Part shown: piece after piece, positions 58,622 through 64,000 of the stretch
Layout: each line of letters begins with the position of its first letter
Numbering within the stretch: the stretch's first letter is position 1
Origin: an uncultured virus (IMG/VR IMGVR_UViG_3300027793_002658)
Taxonomy: Duplodnaviria; Heunggongvirae; Uroviricota; Caudoviricetes
Strand: one strand, 5' to 3'
Virus record (IMG/VR): IMGVR_UViG_3300027793_002658
Length of the DNA stretch: 64,000 nt
The notes under the pieces: generated by a model
Databases searched by the model: none
The model's input: only the letters and a program-made list of their open reading frames with translations
What the model was told of the DNA's origin: nothing
Made by a program: the position numbers and the translations under genes

Positions 58622-59157
58622 ATATTTTAAATAAAACCAAGGTTTATCTTGCAGGCAATCTTGAAAATGCAAATTCAAGCACTAATACATGGAGAGATTA
58701 TGTTAAAAATGAATTAAATTCGTTAAATATAACATTTCTTTCTCCGTTAGAGCGAATGTTTACAGATGATATGCCTGAAGATGAAAGTAATCAGCGCACA
58801 GTAAAAATGCTACGTGCAAATGGGGAATTTGATGTCTTGCATGAGCATATGAAGAAAATAATTCGTAAAGATTTGCGATTGGTTGATGTATCGGATTTTT
58901 TCATCTTTAATTTTGATATAAAAAATCCTACATATGGTACAATGCATGAACTTGTATTGGCAAGTCAGCAACGCAAACCTGTTTTTATTAGTGTAGGTGA
59001 TAAACGCCAGTGTCCACTATGGATTATGGGATTATTTAACCACAAGTACATTTACAACAATGTAGAAGAAATAGTTGATGTATTGAAAAGAATTGATAGT
59101 GGTGAAATTGAAATTAATAACAGTCGTTGGAGATTATTGAAGCCTGAATTTCGATAA
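58618..59157 (+). CDS. Nucleoside 2-deoxyribosyltransferase-like protein
   Basis: VYLAG, WR, DLRLVDVSD and GTMHEL..KPV. Confidence 0.7.
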   Translation: MNILNKTKVYLAGNLENANSSTNTWRDYVKNELNSLNITFLSPLERMFTDDMPEDESNQRTVKMLRANGEFDVLHEHMKKIIRKDLRLVDVSDFFIFNFDIKNPTYGTMHELVLASQQRKPVFISVGDKRQCPLWIMGLFNHKYIYNNVEEIVDVLKRIDSGEIEINNSRWRLLKPEFR

Positions 59158-59208
59158 ATATATTAAACGGATTATCAATGATCCGTATATTTATAAGAAA
59201 TTGTTATA

Positions 59209-61263
59209 ATGGATACGTCAAAATTTAATCTATTACCAGAGAGAATATTATCAATTCCAGATAAAAGAATTGCATATATAAGCGCAATTGGCACAAGTGG
59301 ATATGCTACTGCGGCAAAGGGGTATATTTACAATCATGTAAAAAACAAAGACTATGTGCAATGGTTACAATATGACATTGCTAGTACAACGCCATTAAAT
59401 GAAAATACTAATTTTGATTTATATATATCCAAATCAAAAAAAGTAATACTGTCAACTCCATCCACAATTATAGTTCATTCCATACCTTTAGTATGGAATG
59501 AACTTATTTCTAACAGTAAATTTAACATTACTGATAAAACACAGATTATTGGAAGAACCGTTTGGGAGTTTGAAAAAGTACATCCTGATTGGATTGATAG
59601 TATTAATAACAGTGTTGTAACTCATGTTAGCGTTCCCACTGAATGGAATAAAAATATATTTTTAAAGGCAGGTATATTTAAGCCTATTATTGTTGAACCG
59701 CATATATTTGTTGACTTTCAAAATCAATTATATACGATTGAACACTTACTAAAGAAAAGTGTAGTTTTAATAAAATCTGACATTAAATTGTTAAATATAA
59801 AAGATTATTATAAATTCTATTGTATAGAACAATTGACAGATAGAAAGAATTTAATTGCAACATTGCATTCTTATTGTAAAGCATTTAAATCAACTGACAA
59901 AGTTGCACTATTTTTAAAAACATTTAGATCAAATTATTCAATACAAGAACAAGTCGAGTGTGCTAAATATTTAAATGAATTATCTGCTCAATATCCCGAT
60001 CACGCACCTATTGTATATATTAAAGAACAATTAAATCATGATGAAGTACACAGTATGCATTATCATTTTGATTGTTATGTAAGTTTAACTCACACTGAAG
60101 GATTTGGTCTTAGCATTTATGACGCATATAAACACAATAAAAATCTTATTGTAACTGGATATGGAGGTCACGTTGAATATTTAGGAGAAAATTATTCGGG
60201 ATTGGTCAGATATAACACATCCCCAGTAAATTCATACATAACTCAAAAACATTATTTAAATGAAGATTATGTATGGGCTAATGCTGATGAAAATCATGCA
60301 ATTGAACTGATGCAGAACGCGTATCAGAATGGAATGGAATCAGAAAAATATTGTGTATCAAATTTTACATTAAATAATAATTCCATACCAATTCAAATTC
60401 AAAATTCAAATGTTAAGTTGTTAAACTTACCATATGATGCAAATAATTTTTATTTTAATCCAGCAATATTTAAATTTAATAATAATAAATATTTGATGAC
60501 TAGATATTGCCATATTGATGAAGATAAAATTCCACATAACACGTTAAAATTATTTAACTTAAATGAAGGAATAAAAGAAATTCCGTTAAAAATTAAAGAT
60601 GAAGTTCAAGACGAACAATATGAAGATCCAAGAGTATTAATTCATCAAAATAAAATTTATGTGGGATGTGCAAATTATCAATTACATGTTTCTGAAAAGA
60701 TACATCAAAAAATATTAGTATTTGATAGTGCGTTTAATCATATTGAAAATATTCATCCTGTATATGACGGTAATTCATCTAATTGTTTAAGTAATACTCG
60801 TTCCCAAAAAAATTGGACATATTTTGTACATGATGATAAAATTCTATGTGTGTATCAAATGCATCCACACACAGTTATAGAATTTGATAACACCGGTCGT
60901 ATATTGACTGAATACAAAACTTTTGTTGATATTACTAAAACATGGCGCTTTGGAGAACCGCGCATGGGCAGTAATCCAATTCTGAAAGATGGTATATACT
61001 ATAATTTCTTTCATAGTAGCGTTCCTTGGAAAAATCCTAAACGACAATATTTTATGGGATATTATACATTTGAAGCTAAACCTCCATTTAAAATTATTGA
61101 AATCTCAAAGGAGCCTATTATTTGGGGAAATGAATCGGATTTTAGATTTTTACCAAATTTTAATCCAATTGTTGTATTTCCATGTGGAGCTATTTATGAA
61201 GATAATAGTTTTTATGTTAGTTTTGGATTTAATGACGAAAAGACAGGAATTATAAAATTATGA
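59209..61263 (+). CDS. GT4 glycosyltransferase fused to a GH130-like beta-propeller
   Basis: N-terminal SGYA, TVWE, DRKNL and TEGFGL; C-terminal FNPAI, EDPRV, QKNW, VVFPCGA and SFGFND. Confidence 0.75.
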   Translation: MDTSKFNLLPERILSIPDKRIAYISAIGTSGYATAAKGYIYNHVKNKDYVQWLQYDIASTTPLNENTNFDLYISKSKKVILSTPSTIIVHSIPLVWNELISNSKFNITDKTQIIGRTVWEFEKVHPDWIDSINNSVVTHVSVPTEWNKNIFLKAGIFKPIIVEPHIFVDFQNQLYTIEHLLKKSVVLIKSDIKLLNIKDYYKFYCIEQLTDRKNLIATLHSYCKAFKSTDKVALFLKTFRSNYSIQEQVECAKYLNELSAQYPDHAPIVYIKEQLNHDEVHSMHYHFDCYVSLTHTEGFGLSIYDAYKHNKNLIVTGYGGHVEYLGENYSGLVRYNTSPVNSYITQKHYLNEDYVWANADENHAIELMQNAYQNGMESEKYCVSNFTLNNNSIPIQIQNSNVKLLNLPYDANNFYFNPAIFKFNNNKYLMTRYCHIDEDKIPHNTLKLFNLNEGIKEIPLKIKDEVQDEQYEDPRVLIHQNKIYVGCANYQLHVSEKIHQKILVFDSAFNHIENIHPVYDGNSSNCLSNTRSQKNWTYFVHDDKILCVYQMHPHTVIEFDNTGRILTEYKTFVDITKTWRFGEPRMGSNPILKDGIYYNFFHSSVPWKNPKRQYFMGYYTFEAKPPFKIIEISKEPIIWGNESDFRFLPNFNPIVVFPCGAIYEDNSFYVSFGFNDEKTGIIKL

Positions 61264-62465
61264 TCGCCGATTTTATTCTTGGAATAATTACATACAATCG
61301 ATATGACTATTTAGATGACCTATTAAACACTTTGCAAGATCAATCAATCTTGCCTAAAGAAATAATCATATCTGATAACGGAATTGGATATACATTGAAA
61401 AAAAATATAAACATACCCGTTACTATTATTAAAAATGCGTATAACTATGGAACGTGTAGAGCACTAAATCAAATAATAAAAATTGCATCGGGTCAAACGA
61501 TAATGTTTATATGCGATGATATCTATTTTACATCAAATGATTCATTAAAAAGTATATATGATAAATTTAATAAAAATCTAAAAGAAGATAATATACATTT
61601 AATATGGTGTAATCATTGGGCAGCTTTCATCGCTTCACCAGCTTGGATTGAAAAAACCGGATATTTTGATGAGAATATATGGCCATGTTATTTTGAAGAT
61701 TCTGATATGGTTGAAAGAATTAGAAAAAAACAAAATAATAATATATCTCATAATTGTATCGGATTTAAATCGGTTAGAATGATAAACAATTTTGAAGAAA
61801 CAGAAGTACTCGGTAATAAACGGGGCACTGCGGAGCCACTGATAACAACTAAATTTTCAGATTTCAAAGATCGTAACTTATTTTATTTTTTGTATAAGTG
61901 GAAAAATACATTTAATCTAAATGAAGATATGCATTTGAATACAAAACATTTTTATGTGGAACAATCCGATGTAGATTTGTTTGATTTTGAAAGACAATAT
62001 CTTAATAATCAAATCTCTTCAGTAAATATACACAATCCACAAAACAATGCCGTTGGTTTTTTTGATGAAATAATCGATCTTAAAAAATATAATATTCAAA
62101 ATATTATCGAGTATAAAACTGATAGAGCATATATTTCTAGAATTTTACTACATCTTAAACCACTTCAGTTCACAACAATACGAGATGAACCACAATTACA
62201 ACATGATATTTTACATCACTTAAATTATTTATTTAATTATAAAATTAACATTATATTCAAAGATAGTAAAATATTAGACGATATTAATTATGAAAATTAT
62301 GATTTATTAGTATTAAACAATCAACAAGTTCCATCAAATATCAAAGATATAAAATATATTTTATATTTTTCAAATAATGACAATTTAATTATAAGCAATT
62401 ACAAAAAAACAATAATTAAAAAAAATGTAAATAACACATACATGATATTTTTTGAAAAAATATGA
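61260..62465 (+). CDS. Glycosyltransferase family 2
   Basis: ITYNR, ISDNG, ALNQ, CDDI and GYFDENIWPCYFEDSD. Confidence 0.8.
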   Translation: MIADFILGIITYNRYDYLDDLLNTLQDQSILPKEIIISDNGIGYTLKKNINIPVTIIKNAYNYGTCRALNQIIKIASGQTIMFICDDIYFTSNDSLKSIYDKFNKNLKEDNIHLIWCNHWAAFIASPAWIEKTGYFDENIWPCYFEDSDMVERIRKKQNNNISHNCIGFKSVRMINNFEETEVLGNKRGTAEPLITTKFSDFKDRNLFYFLYKWKNTFNLNEDMHLNTKHFYVEQSDVDLFDFERQYLNNQISSVNIHNPQNNAVGFFDEIIDLKKYNIQNIIEYKTDRAYISRILLHLKPLQFTTIRDEPQLQHDILHHLNYLFNYKINIIFKDSKILDDINYENYDLLVLNNQQVPSNIKDIKYILYFSNNDNLIISNYKKTIIKKNVNNTYMIFFEKI

Positions 62466-63376
62466 ATATCGGATATTTCTTCATGAATGCAAACAGCATC
62501 GGCGACACTGTTGCTGGTGCTCGACTATTTTTTGCATTATATCACTACGCACAGTTAAAACAATTAAGAAAGATTGCAATATTGCATATTGCAAATCAAA
62601 TAGAGTTGAAACTTACGTGCGAAGGCCAGATTGATTCAACATGGGCAATTTATACAGAACTACTGACATTGTATAAAAAAGCGAATATTTTGGATGATTT
62701 TACATATATTTGCGGTATATCCGATGAAATAAAAGATAATCCGTCAAGTAGACAAAAGATAGAAGACACGATTAAACATTATTTCTCTAAAAGAAATGCG
62801 TCAATTGAATGTATGTTAGATAATAAACTAGAACTTTGGAATCATTTCCATTCTATTATTAGTAGTGATGCTATAATTAAATTTTATCAAGAGCGATTTG
62901 CTTTCTTGAAAGAGGATATCACAGAAAATTATAATATAGTGCAGTATTGTAGTCATCATTATTCACCGCATCACGTTGATAAATTTGCAAAATGTCATAA
63001 ACGAATATCATTCTCAAATTTAACAAATTGGATTGAATCAAATAATATAATTGTTAATAAATTTGTTGGCAGCACTATAGATTATGATTTGACACAACGC
63101 TGTATTGAAAAGCTTCAGCCATTATATCCAAACAAAATATTCATAAATATGTGCGGCGATCTTTATTTAGAAGACACATTTAAACAAATATACAACGCTT
63201 CCAATGTTTTATCAACCGAAAGCTTTGCCGGACTATTGGGTGGTGTATTTAATAAACCTAGTATTATTTATTTTAGACATGAACTAGTACAAACACTACT
63301 TAACTTTAAAAGTGGTCTAGATTTATTTCCTAATTTAACTATGAAATTAGATAATGTTTTAACAGAGAATGATTGA
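62462..63376 (+). CDS. GT9-like glycosyltransferase
   Basis: SIGDTV, INMCG, STESFAGLLGG and KPSI. Confidence 0.5.
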   Translation: MNIGYFFMNANSIGDTVAGARLFFALYHYAQLKQLRKIAILHIANQIELKLTCEGQIDSTWAIYTELLTLYKKANILDDFTYICGISDEIKDNPSSRQKIEDTIKHYFSKRNASIECMLDNKLELWNHFHSIISSDAIIKFYQERFAFLKEDITENYNIVQYCSHHYSPHHVDKFAKCHKRISFSNLTNWIESNNIIVNKFVGSTIDYDLTQRCIEKLQPLYPNKIFINMCGDLYLEDTFKQIYNASNVLSTESFAGLLGGVFNKPSIIYFRHELVQTLLNFKSGLDLFPNLTMKLDNVLTEND

Positions 63377-63986
63377 TAATTATATACAATTAAACAATAA
63401 ACTTATAAAACAAAATATTGTAAATAAAATTACAAAAGAATATTTTGATTATTATAATAAAATTAGAACATCTAGTTTACAGATAAGCTATTTGCGTCTT
63501 GGATTTTTACTTGGAAATTTAAACTTTATTCCAAAATCATTATTGGATGTTGGATATGGTAATGGTGATTTTTTAACAGTTAGTGCCGATATAATAGAAA
63601 ACTGTTATGGATATGATGTATCAAACTATCCGGCACCAAATAAAATTAAAAAGATAAATTCATTGTATGAAAATACATTTGATGTCGTAACGTTGTTTGA
63701 CGTATTAGAGCATTTTGATGATGTATACGATATAAAAAATATTAAAACGAAATATTATCTAATATCAGTACCAGAATGTCATTATTTTTCTGACGATTGG
63801 TTTTTTAATTGGAAGCACCGAAAACCAAATGAACATATATGGCATTTTAACAAAACTTCGTTAGAAAACTTTATGAATGAAATAAATTTTGATCTAGTAA
63901 AATATTCAAATATAGAAGATGTCATTCGTAAACCAGTGGATGGTAATACAAATATTTTAACCGGATTATTTAAAAATAAGTTATGA
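63369..63986 (+). CDS. Class I SAM methyltransferase
   Basis: LLDVGYGNG, FDVLEH, ISVP and EHIWHF. Confidence 0.85.
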   Translation: MIDNYIQLNNKLIKQNIVNKITKEYFDYYNKIRTSSLQISYLRLGFLLGNLNFIPKSLLDVGYGNGDFLTVSADIIENCYGYDVSNYPAPNKIKKINSLYENTFDVVTLFDVLEHFDDVYDIKNIKTKYYLISVPECHYFSDDWFFNWKHRKPNEHIWHFNKTSLENFMNEINFDLVKYSNIEDVIRKPVDGNTNILTGLFKNKL

Positions 63987-64000
63987 TAAATTATAATTTA

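Noticed and set aside
1..64000. Stop-codon recoding, introns, inteins, tRNAs, integrase
   Set aside because: Core genes are full length and densely packed in the standard code. No insertions were evident in PolB, RNR, helicase or UvsX, and no cloverleaf or recombinase was recognised by eye.

Overview
An AT-rich (roughly 30% GC by eye) 64 kb segment of a large, probably lytic T4-like/myovirus dsDNA phage in the standard genetic code. Layout: (1) a partial Ser/Thr/Gly-rich fibre-like gene with neighbouring glycosyltransferases; (2) a tail module (tube, gp26-like chaperone with a probable frameshifted extension, tape measure, baseplate); (3) a replication module split over two blocks (atypical family A polymerase, gp32 SSB, UvsX, 5'-3' exonuclease, helicase, class II RNR, gp62-like subunit; later family B polymerase, sliding clamp, clamp loader); (4) UvsE, a dNMP kinase and a DUF4338/DruA-like protein; (5) an ~20 kb minus-strand glycan biosynthesis cluster and a second glycosyltransferase block at the right end. 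The most unusual element is a tightly coupled set of genes encoding RfbH/DdhC, a 4,6-dehydratase, a two-subunit YerE-like ThDP enzyme, PanB and a reductase/epimerase. This looks like a phage pathway for a branched-chain 3,6-dideoxy sugar in which a pantothenate enzyme has been recruited, probably for virion glycosylation. Two promoter classes are readable: sigma70-like promoters that are often leaderless, and a TATTTAT late-type motif. All functional calls come from motif recognition by eye, without database searches.
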